Assembly: GCA_030704615.1 (NCBI GenBank)
Contig: CM060731.1
Coordinates: 59,396,001 to 59,460,000, forward strand
Reading direction: 5' to 3'
DNA length: 64,000 nt
From: Takakia lepidozioides
Taxonomy: Eukaryota > Plantae > Bryophyta
The translations under genes were made by a program, and so were the position numbers. This document shows positions 12,201 through 24,500 of this stretch, one piece after another. The notes under the pieces were generated by a model. It was not told the origin of the DNA. It did not search any database and saw only the letters and a program-made list of their open reading frames with translations. Numbering within the stretch: the first letter of the stretch is position 1; the number at the start of each line of letters is the position of its first letter.

Positions 12201-14430
12201 TGGACAACGTATACATGGAATCCAGTCAGTCATAATGAGTGAAGGAAATTTTGATCGTGCCATATAACTGTGCACTGTCTGAGGCAAGTTAGAACCATCT
12301 CTGATTTGAACATATTGTCATTACATCAATACCACAGCCGTTCCACATCTGCTTGCTCAATCCACCCAGATTGCATTTAAGGAAACATCCCACACATAGG
12401 ACTTCATGTTAAGTCATCACTTGACTTGCAGGACAGGGTAAGGTTCTTCATCTCTTCGAGGAAATTGAGTCTGGGAAACAGAGAGCCATCTTGCCAAGTT
12501 CTTCGCCCACTCGCATCCTGCTTATGTGTGACTGAAAGTGATTTGATTTTAACTCGGACTGAGCAGGTCCTAGATTTGATTGCATTAGCAGGCATCAGTT
12601 GCTGCATGAACTTGAACTCCTCAAAATCCCATTTGCATACACTTGGATGTGGATTAGAGACAATCCATTTAGAATAGGTAGTAATCACATACCTGAGAAA
12701 AGAAACAAGTACAAGGAAAATGCCACCCAATAACTGCATTCACGAGCAACAGGCTGCCTTAGTTCATAACACTAACTTACTTTGCAGCTAGCATGCGATA
12801 TGGAAAATCCCCCCCAAGAAGAGACTTCAATGTGACAAACACTCAAATTAGAGGGGACTGATGGTTCTCTGATAAACCAGCCAGAAATGAAGTGTCCCTA
12901 TGTTTGCTAATAGAGCTGAAATCTTGCTGAACAATTGTCATCTGGTGGATACTTCATAAACTGAAAGTAATGATAATTCACCTTGCCTTGTTGTATCTTA
13001 TAATGTCCTGCTTCAGATCCGGACAGGATTTGATAATTTCACGGGAAACTAAAATCTTGAGGCTAGTGAACATTTTATTGACCAAGGGGAACTTCATTCT
13101 CTAGATGAGATACCAGAGAGAAGGTCTAAATAATGACAAAAGGAACTTTATACAAACAAAGAAACCAAAGGAAGAGAAAGACGTTTACTACATCCGCAGA
13201 AGCCCAAGGGACTGAACCGAAACAACTACTGAGGCACTGAAACAAAGCCAAAAGGACTAATCCAGCTTGGAATGTAGGTGAAATTCCTCAAGGAACTTTA
13301 CAGAGTTGAGAGGGGACAGAGTAAACTACTTCAGAATACATCATGTGAAGAACTGGAATCCATTCACTTTTGCCAAGGATCCGATGGGAAGTAAGACCTG
13401 ACAAAACATGCGACATCTAGCGCCCCAGCGCGCCAGTGTCTCTGTGCGGTGTATGAGAGAAATAGAGAGAAATCTTAGCTTGTCAGGGTTGTGATTGCAA
13501 TTTTTTATTTACCCAAGGTGTTTCCCATGCACCGAAAAAAAGGAAGAGATATAGTGACCTAACAAAATCAGGAGGAGCGCTGGAGGATACGCACCCAGCC
13601 TCCCATGATGAGGACTGAGGGAAGGGCCAAAACGCCAGTCCCAACCACCAAGTTGAAGATGTAGCTGCACCATCCCATGCTCAGCTTCGTCATTATTTGC
13701 GTTTAGAGTTGAAAGTAAGGTGTATTCACACTCACGAAAACTCTCTTCTTTTGCATTTTTGGCACCATGAACACAGCACTGGTGTTTCTTTCACCACACC
13801 TGTCTACATTGTATTCCACAACTTATACTCTCTTATTGGGTATACGAGAACTGCACTGATTGGCGACACATTCATCCCGAATTAGCTACTTCAAAATTCA
13901 GCCTCGAAAAATTTGCGTCTGATGATCTACTTGAAGAAGTCGAGCCCTTGCATCCACAGTGACTCACATGCGACCACAATTCTACGCAACAGTACAAGTC
14001 GTTTGTTTTATGATCGGAAATGATGCCATTATGCCCTGCCCTGCACCTACGTTTGAATCGTGCGATTGATTCTACAAAGACAAACGTCCCATCTTAACCT
14101 GAAGCATTTCCGAGATACATTTAGATTTGAGCAAACAGCCCGAAACATTTGAAATCAAAACTTGAAAGATGACAGCCGCCTGTGGGCGTACATGAATGCC
14201 ACAAAAGGCGAATACTCGGATCCATTGGGCTCTCCCATCTCTCCGCTGTTGCAAGCCAGACGTGCAGTCTAGAGCGTATTGCTATTATCAAAACAGGCAC
14301 CTCGCCAATCCTGATATCTCAATTTCTTCTTGCTTCGAATCACCCGCTGTGACGGAAACTCTTCCCCTCCCTTTGTGAATCCTTTCCCTCGAGACCCATC
14401 ACCGTTTAAAGCTTCTGGCTGAGGTGGCAT
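6234..14430 (-). CDS. TMEM104-like amino-acid transporter (Aa_trans/SLC38-related), many small exons; 5' end uncertain
   Basis: GT-AG bounded exons read in order: SYIFNLVVGTGVLALPSVLIMGGW (~13595-13667), LLGGIFLVLVSFL, YVTVTFMLESMAFANA, FQITKRTELGEMA, GLFFNQWGIILFYSALI, LYLYGDSVIYS, FFDFQKTKVLQI, PNLFGGAVYSFMCHH-SLPSIITPM, WPVFTLSSNFPMLSITLRNNL, LVGLTGAFAGCAVMFIIPAALVY, HASPFWGQGWVY...FS* (stop 6234-6236). These follow TMEM104 motifs. The ATG at 14430 is tentative. Confidence 0.8.
6560..6930 (-). mobile_element. Stacked 3' ends of an RTEX-like LINE in an intron
   Basis: Three successive GAAATGAAATG(G/A)T tails (reverse complement of (CATTT)n), plus the LINE C-terminal/3'UTR sequence shared with 7255-7540. 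Confidence 0.65.
7255..7540 (+). mobile_element. 5'-truncated LINE 3' end (same family as 18465-19572)
   Basis: EHFFYCPLYYEIRGRFHCLF...RQSLEH*, similar to EEHFFFYCPVYYDIR of the LINE at ~19530; ends in CATTTCATTTCATTT. Confidence 0.75.
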
Positions 14431-15048
14431 CCTTTCATGATCTGTCCTCTTGAAGATGCTTGTGCAAATATACGCTTGCTTACCAGGATTTCTCAGGTAC
14501 CTCTCAACATAAGATAACTTAATATATTAGGTTACACATTTCCTTAGCCCAATGTCATCGTCCCCATCAAATCACTGAAATAACATGCTATCCACTGTTC
14601 ATGAGCACCATCACGTAGTTAGCTAATCAATAACTCTGTTTCAGTTTCCAAAATCAAGCACTGCGCGCGGATAAAAGCAGCAGCGCACAAACCGACAAAC
14701 GGGATGCGGCGTCACGACCTCGCCTGCCCAACAGTCGCATATGTACATAGCCACTGCCCAGTGCGATCTGCCAGACTACCAGAGCTCAATTTGGGTCCCA
14801 CTTGGACATGAATGCGTGGGCCTGGAACTCTTCCTCTCGATCAGAATGACCTCGGTGAGCTATGACGCAGTCGCACATTTCTGAGGGCTGGCGGATGCAT
14901 GCACCTTTTCCTGACTCTGTACCTCAGCACCTTCCGCGAGCTGAGTACCTGCCACGAGGACACAGGGTGAGAGAGATGGGGGTGACAAACTCCATGCAGC
15001 CTATTCCTATCCTAATCTTCAACGCAGGTATGTGATGCGCGGGGAATT

Positions 15049-15094
15049 ATCCCATATCGATTGCCCGAAACCCACTAGACTTTGGGTATATAAA
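15049..15094 (+). promoter_or_regulatory. Plant snRNA promoter: USE (ATCCCATATCG, 15049-15059) and TATA (TATATAAA, 15087-15094)
   Basis: One mismatch to the plant USE consensus RTCCCACATCG, directly upstream of U1. Confidence 0.8.
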
Positions 15095-15116
15095 GCATCT
15101 CGCTACATCAGTAGTC

Positions 15117-15275
15117 ATACTTACCTGGGCGGGGTTAATCGATGATCACGACGGTCAATGGCCTAGGCTATCTTATCCCATTGCACTTTGGGTCAGGTGA
15201 GCCTAGCATCACCCTACAGGGTGCATGCACGTCGTAATTTGTGACAGCGGGGGCTCGCGTTCGCGCGGCCCCCTC
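15117..15275 (+). ncRNA. U1: U1 spliceosomal snRNA
   Basis: 5' ATACTTACCTGG, loop I GATCAC, loop II ATTGCAC, Sm site AATTTGTG, terminal stem GGGGG...GCGTTCGCGC...CCCCC. Confidence 0.93.
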
Positions 15276-16978
15276 CTGCTCAACCCATAAACGGAGCTAC
15301 AGGGATATGGGAAGTCCTAAAGTCGGAGTTTGACTACAGTTAAACTAGGGAATTTTTGGCTCATCAGGTTAGAAGGACGTGCAAAAGGATGGGAGATTGT
15401 GTACACCTGTCTAGCAGAGGCGACTCAGCTTTGTATGGAAGTTTGTCCCGGAAGGGAGTTCTGCAACCCAAAAGGAGCGCGAACCTGGAAACGGTTAGAG
15501 GAGTTCTCCGCGGGAACCACTTGAATGAGTTCCACTGCTTTGTTCACTTTCCTGTTGGTTCAGCATGCCATTGATGGTACCTACTCATGCGGGTTTTTGT
15601 GTGGTGAACATGTATGAGAAGCATCTAGTGCCCCCAAGCCTACTTCGTTAGCCCCAAGCGCTCCACCTTGAAGAACTGCCTTAAGGCGCGATCCCACTGG
15701 TCCCACACTCTCCACCTGTACTGTACCAAGCCCCAACCTTCTCTGGACTTGCCAGAGCTCCTCTATACTCCAGCACCTGCCAAAACCACAACCACTAGTG
15801 AGTTGCTTCTCACCAGCGAGTTGCTTCTCACCGGGCACTTACAATAGTAGAACTATCTAGAAAGCAGTGAACTAATGAACTCCAAATGGCTACAGTCTAT
15901 CCTACATAAATGTTACCTCTATAATCGTTAAACTACCATAAATATTAGAAAATTTTACTCCCCTACTTATGCATGCAAATGTTAAGTGTTATTAGTGTTA
16001 ACAAGTTTACTCCCCTCTTCATTAATTTGCCCTCAACAAATGTTAAGTGCACCATTAAGGCTTCGTAGGTCAAATGATGCAGATCTAGATGAGGTCATTG
16101 CATTGTTGAGGCAACTTTCCTTGGCCTATGAGGATACTACTTCCTTGGTTTCACCTAATATGGATGCCCAAGATTTTGTCCATGGTTGAGATTGATCTTA
16201 ACCCTTAAAGGACTAGCACTATTTTGGTGGCCCACTAAAATTCGGGCATACCCTCATGGATAACTTTTTAGCCTCAATCATCCATGGGGATGAACCTTAT
16301 GTGCCTATCTACTACATCCACGTCCTATCAAAAGTGTAGGCAATTAAACCATTACATTTGGGAGATTATTAAAAAAAAAATTGACCTAATTTTATAAAAA
16401 TATTTTAAGATTGCAGGGCAAAAATGGTTTGACCCCTAAATTCAAGTATTGAGTTGAAATTTCTGATTAAGATGCCCTCCATAATCTGATTATAGGGCAC
16501 CAGGGGACTCTCTCCCCCAAAAAGCAGACCAAAATTCCAAAAATATAAATAGATTGCGTTGTATGTGAAATCTGGGAGGTATTAATCATGGTTTGGCTTC
16601 TTACCCAAGTACGCCCATGAGGTCATATTTGTTTTCTAATTCCTCTTGTAAGTAAGTGCACACTAACATTACATAGTGCCTTGTCAAAAAGAATTGGCAT
16701 TTTGATAAAATCTGAGCCCTAGATGTTGTTTTCAAGACTCCTTATTTGGCATGCCACGTAGGCAAGTCAACGCTGGATTTCCAGACCCTTGGCACTTTGA
16801 AAAATTCTAGGGAGCAGAGCTTTTAATATTTTAGGACGCTTTAAATTCCCACGTGTGATTTTCCCTAACCCCCTCACTTCACCTTCAGGACCTACTTTCA
16901 TACAAAGCACTGCCCTGCATATCACATAACAACTAATTCTGCACAAGCAATAAAACCCACTCGTGGGTGTCTCTTCCC

Positions 16979-17863
16979 TCAGAACATGCCACAACGTAAG
17001 AGCAATGAGAAGGGGGTGAGGGAGATTACCAAACGGGCTGCTTGGCCTGCAACTCCTGCCCGGCCCCAACGCGAGGGGTTCGTGACACAAGCACGCGCTT
17101 GCTTCATCCCTTCAGCCTTTGCAAGTCCACGAGGGGACTCCCAGTAGGCAACAAACTTATCCCAATAGGCGGGTTCAGTGTTCATTGGCCTCACACCAGT
17201 CTTCGCCCATTTATCTTTCAGTTTTGCTCTTTCTCCTTTCATTATCTTCCCACATTGCTTCACTATAAAATCACGATTGGCAGGGATAGGTGTGTACTCG
17301 TACATTCCATTTATGCCCTCTATTACTGTGGACATGGCACTCTGGGACTGCTGGTCAATGTCTTGTACGCTTGAGTCAAGGTAACGCAATGCCAGGCCAC
17401 GCAAATCACGCTGCCAGCGTTCCTTACCTTCGCAGCCAGCATTGATGACTCCATTTCCATGCACCTCCACCTTGTGGCGCTTTAGCCCTGCAGCCACCCT
17501 TCCCTCTCCATCTCCTTCCCATTGTTTCATGGCATGACGTCGTTCCTTCCTCAGCTCTGATGTCCGTTTCCTGCCCCCATACTTTGGAGCAACGCCGTCA
17601 TACGTTGTGGGGGGTGACTGATGTGTGCCGGAGGGGGGAGGGCCGTATGGAGATGTGGGAGGCCCCCATTGTGACGTGGCAACATCAGGAAGCCAGCGCC
17701 ACGACCCCGAAGCAGGGGGGGCTCCCCATGGTGCACTCTGTTGTGGAGACCATCCGGCAGGGGGTGGGTGCCAAGGTTGGTGTTGGTTGGCATTGTGTGG
17801 TGGCTGTGAGTGCTTTGCTGCAGCTTCACTCCCCTTCCGCTGCCAAAAACATCCCACACACAA
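16979..17863 (-). CDS. CACTA ORF2/TnpA-like exon (Transposase_24, Ptta/En/Spm type); probable upstream exon ~19600-19885
   Basis: ERAKLKDKW...P...YWDKFVAYWESPRGLAKAEGMKQAR...SRWGRAG fits the Transposase_24 pattern. A splice donor at ~17030 has no recognisable downstream exons. Confidence 0.65.
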   Translation of the reverse strand: MCVGCFWQRKGSEAAAKHSQPPHNANQHQPWHPPPAGWSPQQSAPWGAPPASGSWRWLPDVATSQWGPPTSPYGPPPSGTHQSPPTTYDGVAPKYGGRKRTSELRKERRHAMKQWEGDGEGRVAAGLKRHKVEVHGNGVINAGCEGKERWQRDLRGLALRYLDSSVQDIDQQSQSAMSTVIEGINGMYEYTPIPANRDFIVKQCGKIMKGERAKLKDKWAKTGVRPMNTEPAYWDKFVAYWESPRGLAKAEGMKQARACVTNPSRWGRAGVAGQAARLVISLTPFSLLLRCGMF

Positions 17864-18464
17864 GGTACATCAGCTGTAGTCCTACTGAACACAACGTCAC
17901 CAGAGCACAAACCATCCCACAACCACAACTATGGATTGGCTGACCTCAAACCCACTCCCCTGCAGCGCAAAGTGCCAAAAACTGAAAAGGAGAGGGACAG
18001 AATGTCCTCATAACATGTAAGCCCATTCATTGGTGAAGAAACAGAATGTGGGCGGGTTCACATCAGTACCACATGAAACTTACCAGGAAACAGAACATCC
18101 ATCCGAGTTTTGCACATATCCAGTGGACATCTATTCACACAATCAGCAAATGGCTGTATGGCAGAGCCCAGCAATGGAGCCCCAAAAGGCCTAAAGACTC
18201 TCAATGTTGGTAAACACAGGTGCAGACACAATTCAATTGAAAGGATATTGCAGACCTAGCCTCATTGGAGTTATCAACGCATATAGCAAATGCGTACTCC
18301 AACGCACGTGCAATGACGTGACAAAGCAACATTTCCTTGACCTAAAAACTAGTCCCTCTGCACACAGTGGTAGACCCGAAGGTTTTTCCACGATGTCCTC
18401 CCCCATGACACAAATTGAAAACATGTTCAGGGATGTTTTCTGCCTAACTTCATTTTCTGCCCAA

Positions 18465-19572
18465 TCAGATCTCCTCTACGCTGATGATGTTGCCCTTTTG
18501 GCACAATCCCCGGTCTTTCTGCAACGCCATATCAAAATTTTGGAACAGTTCTGCAAAGACTATGGGATGCAAGTCAATCTTAGCAAGACCAAGATCATGG
18601 TCTTCAATGGCCAGGCTGATCGTAGATTCATCTTCAACCAGCAGGAAATTGAGATTGTCAAATCATACCGGTACCTAGGTCTGGTTATCCACTCCCCCAA
18701 GTTTCACTTTGCAGCCACTGCCTTGGACAGATTGACTAAAGGTAAGGCGGCCTCCGTCCGCCTTCATGCCAAATGCAAGCAAATACATCTGCGGCATCCC
18801 CCGACCAAAAAGTGGTTGTTTGACACCGTCGTCAGCCCTACTACCATCAATGGTTGTGAGTTTTGGGCACCTGGTGTCCCTGTCTCCTGGTGGGAAAAGA
18901 ATTTGGAACCATTACAGTCATCTTTTCTCCAAGCAATGCTTGGCGCCAGGAGCACAACTCCATCTCAGATCCTAGGTGCAGCGTTCGCATGTGTACCATT
19001 GCCATCCGAGGCACAGTTCAGGCTTACAATCTTTCTCCATAGATTGCAGGCTCTTCCACCCAAAGGGCTAGTGGCAAGGGCCCTCACAACATCTATGAGG
19101 CTCAAAGCTGCAGGTTTCGGGAACTCTTGGTATGCTCGAGTGGACAGTTTATTGAAACGTAACGGACTTTCTACTGCTTTCCTATTACCAATGAACCCAC
19201 ATGAGGTGGACATCACATCCAGACATGACCGCAACAGACTCATTCGGAGAGAGCTTATGGAATTACATGTCAAGAGAACTTGGATGCTACCCAATCTCAC
19301 AACAAAGCTCCACTTCTATCGAGAGACATTCTTGGTGCTCCGCGATGATATAATCTTCAGACCAAATTACCTTTCAGCACCCTTACCTCCTTCCCTCTTG
19401 AGGGCATTGGGGCGGTTCAGGGTGGGTTCCCACAACCTACGGATAGAGACTGGCAGATGGGAAAACCTGCAACGGGAGGACCACCTATGTCCAGCTTGCA
19501 TAGGGCGCAGCAAGGAAATTGAAACTGAAGAACACTTCTTCTTCTACTGCCCTGTATACTACGACATCCGTT
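18465..19572 (+). mobile_element. RTEX-like LINE fragment (RT C-terminal part and Cys/His domain) nested in the CACTA ORF2 gene
   Basis: LLYADDVALLA, VNLSKTKIMVF, YRYLG, FRVGSHNLRIETGRW...CPAC...EEHFFFYCP. Both ends truncated. Confidence 0.85.
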
Positions 19573-21596
19573 TGAACAACTTTGTGGATATGTGCATCCC
19601 AGTTTCAGTTTCAGGAGAACTCAACGCCCAGAAAACAAGAACACAAGTAGGGGTAGAACTCACCTCATGCGCAGCGGTTTTGTGCCGTTTGCGCACCTTT
19701 TGGAGAGACTCTGCAGATGGAGGTGCAATTTCCTCCGAACTGTCCTCCACCTCATCGTCGTCGCCCATGCTATACTCGCTTGTGTCAAAATCCGAACTCG
19801 AAGACCGCCCACCGCTCTGCCTTCCCTCTCGCACCGACGCCATCTGTACCGGATTCAGTCGAGCCAGGCGGGGGCTCCTTCGCACCGCGGGGCTGGAATG
19901 TGCAGAAGTGGGAGGAGGTGATGCTGCCTCGGCGGTCGAGACCGCTTCTTACTAGGCGTGGACATAGACCATGACAAAGATGAAGACGAGCGAGGACATA
20001 GACCATGACCAAGACAAAGACGAGCGAGGAAGACCAAGACATGCAAAGGAGGAAAGAAGGACAAGGAGGGGAGTGTGATCACACACCCCCCCGATCTGTA
20101 GTGAAGATCCGGCCGTTGTTGATTTCAAATATGAACACGTGTCGTGCATCCGACACTATGGCCTTTTCGACTTTGAGACGTTAAACCCTAAACCACTTAC
20201 AATCCTCCAGACAACTAATGTAGTGATTCACACAACTGACATGGATCCGTTAACTTTTTTTCGTTCAAAATTAGGCAAAGGAAACACACTGCAATGATGC
20301 CGTGTATGGCTCCGCTTTACATGCATTCTTGGAGAAAATGCGCATGATGTGTGAGAAGTGAACACAGTGCTCTGCCAAATGATTCAGCAAAAACAAACTC
20401 AACTGTAGTGGTTCTCCCATCGCAAGAAGGGTCCATTCGACACCCATCGCACCATGCCAGGTTGAGGTCCTCACACACACACCTACACACCGAGAATTTG
20501 TGAACCCACATCAGCTGGGAGAACATGGAAATTACCCGTGGATCACATGCAAGCATGAATGAGAAATGGGTTTATGTTACATGGGAGATTTTGGTGTACC
20601 TGCGCGACATGCAACTCTGTCTACATACTCCATAAGTCGTTGTCCCAAGACCCAAGTGGACAGGGGAGGCCGGTGAGTCTGTACCACAAATGGTAATCAT
20701 ACAGCAGAGGGTACTGCTGCCCAACGTGCAAAAGCCGCCGGCTGCAGGATGCTAGGCATGCGAACTCGGGCACAGTACGCCTCCTCTGCACCCCACTCCG
20801 TCCCAACCAGTGCAAAACAACCGTGCATGCATTGACTGCCCTCTGGCTTTCTCTCCAGGCATTTGGGGGTCTGCGATCTGCTACACGTAAGTGTCTTTGA
20901 ATGCGACGATCAAAGGATCCGGTCACTTGCAGTTGCCGTCTCAAGGGCAGCATTGCAAGAATCAGAATTAAGTAAGAAAGATGGTGGAAGAAGCTGCAAA
21001 CAGCAAATGAGTGAAGTGGCAGGGCGATGCTCCATTTTTAACATGCTCCCCTTCCCGCCATGGTGATAGACCCACACAAATGGACTCCCTTCCCGCCACG
21101 GTGCAATTTCACGGCAACTGTTCACACTTCAATGCACACATTTCATACACATTCAACCATATGCCCAAGATCACAACGTCGTCAATCGTGAAAATTGAAA
21201 TTCCACGTACGTCCTCCGATTCCTCACACACACACGAACTGTAGAGACAGGTCGTTTTCCAGGATGTCGTTGTTTGAGTCGATTTTGGTCATTTCTCTCA
21301 GTGTCTTGTTGAAAAGATTCTAGTTATGATGGGAAGCATCGTGATGGCTTTTAAATGGTTTGCTGTTGAGTGTAACTTTTCATCATGTTGTGGAATCTAC
21401 CGGTTGGTATAAAATGTCAACTGTCTTCTCTGCCAAAGGATGTGCGGCTGAACCTTTCAAATTGAGATTGCAGGAGGAGGGAATTGACGGTAGTGAAATG
21501 GGAGTGGCAGAGCCAAATTGAGGAATCTCTGCAAAGGAGAATCCGGCCCCCTGCAACGGCGTGCACAAACAGCATTGAAGAGGCTCCCCAACAAAA

Positions 21597-24500
21597 ATGA
21601 GTTCCCCTCGCCCATGCGGAGGACTTCCAATTAATCACCCCTGTAGACAGAACACCCGAGATGACAGGTTGTGGGAAAGAGAAGTGGCACGTGCCCGAGC
21701 CCTTGGGCTTTCAAGGATGCCATGCCCATGTGAACGTTGTTTGGGCACTACAAGTAGATCTGAGGACGGTGTGCGCACACATCTCCTTCACCACAAAAGA
21801 CATGAAGCATTTCGGGTGTGGATTGGAGATGGACCTGCAGACGAAGACGATGAGGAGTGGGCACAATTGGACAATGCACACCCCCGAGGGAGCCATACAG
21901 ACAGGCCAGACGAGGACTATGTCATGGGCGCAGGACATGAACCAGGCATGGACGGAGGGGTGGAGATTACTCGAATGTTGCAGGAAGCATTCCACATCAT
22001 GGACGATGCTGAAGAGGGGGACGGCGCTGCGACAACTGGGGATGGTGATGACGCAGGAAATGAAGGCATTCACGTGGGGGAAGGCGTGGAAGGAGGTGGA
22101 GATGGAGAATTGAATTCTGCACACATGACACTAGAAGAAGCATGTGTGCCACTGTACGAGGGATGCAAATCCACAAAGCTTGCTGCCACCATGCTGTTGA
22201 TGAACCTGTGCACAACCCACGGTGTCTCAGACCATTTTGTGGACGAGTTGTTCTCTTTGCTTCGGCTGAACTTGCTTCCACAACCAAATGAAATGCCAAA
22301 AAGCTGTCACATGGCCAACCAAATGATTGGGAAGCTCGGCCTCAACTACGTGAAAATACATGCATGTCCAAAAGGACATGTACTTTTCAGAAGAGAGTAC
22401 AAGGATGCTATGGAGTGCCCCAAATGCGGTGCAGCCCGATACCATGATGTGGGCAGGTTACAACAGCCAGCCAAGGTGTTGAGGCACTTTCCCCTTATCC
22501 CCCGTCTATTACGAATGTACAAATGCAAGACCATTAGTGAGCTCATGACTTGGCATTCCAGGAATGCCTCAAACGATGGTTTGGTAAGGCATGTCCCAGA
22601 TTCCCTTGCATGGAAGCATATAGATGCAACTTGGCCCGATTTTGCCGAGGACCCACGCAATGTGCGATTGGCTGTATCTACGGATGGAGTAAACCCATAC
22701 GGATCAAAGAGTTGCACATGGTCCACATGGCCCGTGCAGTTGGTGGCATACAACCTGCCACCATGGTTGACAACAAAGAAATTCTTTGTCATGTTGTCTC
22801 TCTTGATTCCAGGCAAGGAGTCCGTGACAAATGCAAACATAGATGTGTATTTGCAACCATTGATTGAAGAGCTACAGGAACTATGGATTGGAGTTGAAGC
22901 TTACGACATTTTGAAACCAGTAGGGCAACGGAGTTTCACCCTCCGTGCCATACTCATGTGGTCAATCCACGATTTCCCCGCATATGGCCTTGTTGCGGGT
23001 TGCAAGACGAAGGGCTACAAAGGGTGCCCCATTTGTGGGCCCTATGTGGATTCACGGCACTCAAAGCCACTAGGGAAGACAATATACATGGGGCATCGAC
23101 GTTACCTTGCAAGAAACTACCGACGAGCAGGAAGGCACTTCAATGGATGTGTTGAAAAGAGAATGGCACCAAATGCTGTGACACCGGAGGAGACATTGCA
23201 ATTTGCAAAGGAGAAAGAGGCGTTCATGGAGATTGGAGGGAGAGACGGAAGTAGTGCGGATCCAGCCATGGAGCACGGGGTGAAGCGCCGGACAATCCTT
23301 TGGGATTTGCCATACTGGAAGGTGCATGAATCCCCCCCCCCCCATTCACTCACTTTCTTTCACATTGTGCTTCCTGGAATTACCTTTACTGTCAGGAGTC
23401 CTTCCACCAACTCCTAAGTCAGTGTAACTACTATGCAGTAGATGTTGAAGTCGTACACCTCACTGTGGAGAGGATCGTGGAGTTGTTGAAAGCAGAATGT
23501 AGTAACATGGACAACTTCTGCCACATATTCTACTTTTTTTGCCCATAGAACTTGGTCTCATGGGAGGACATTTGGCATTTCAGAACCTCTTGCAGCGGTA
23601 CCTCCTGGACCCCATGCATTGTGAGAAGAACTTCTGCGAGAACATTCTGAAGACTATCTTTGGGGAGAAGGATACGATAAACGTACGAAAGGACATGGAG
23701 ATTGAAGGGATACGGTCACATCTGTGGCTAAGGCCTGATCCAAATAGACCAGGCAAAGTGCTCATGCCAGCAGCATCATACGTCCTGACCAAATCAGAGC
23801 AAGAGGATTTTTTGAAGACATTGGGAGCCATGAAAGTGCCAACCGGATTCTCGGGTGCTTTCCAAAAGCATGCCATAAACAAGAAATGGTCGGGGATGAA
23901 GTCACATGATCTACACGTGATGATGCAACAGATTTTGCCAGTGTGCATTCGGGGTACGATGGCGCCAGGTCCTCGAACAGCCATAATGCGTGTAAGTCGA
24001 GTGTTTAGGAAGATTTGTGCGAAGGTGTGGGATCCGAGGGACATTACATCGTTGCATGAGGATGTGGCTATGACCCTATGTTTGCTGGAGAAAGAATTCC
24101 CTCCATCATTCTTTGACGTCATGACGCACTTGCTAGTGCATCTTGTAGAGGAGTTGCATGTGTGTGGGCCCGTAGCCAGCCGGTGGATGTACCCCATGGA
24201 GAGGTACATGAAGGATCTGAAGGGGTATGTACGCAACATGGCACGGCCAGAGGGGAGTATGGCGGAGGGCTACATCCGCGACGAAGCCCTGGGCTTCATG
24301 ACAGAGTATATGTCTTCATTTGATGCAATACAACGACGGGTGTGGGACGAGAACGAGGAAGAAGGAGTTGTAGGCGAGGTCCTAGAAGGTGGTGGAACAA
24401 AGCGTGCCATGAGCCCGCGCCTTCGGGATGTGGCACATGATTATGTGCTGAACAACACAACAACCATGACACCATGGAGACAGTGGGTGCCAACTTACAT

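Noticed and set aside
18204-19955. Single 583-aa gene
   Set aside because: Chimeric frame: only ~18465-19572 is LINE; the flanks are antisense CACTA ORF2 sequence.
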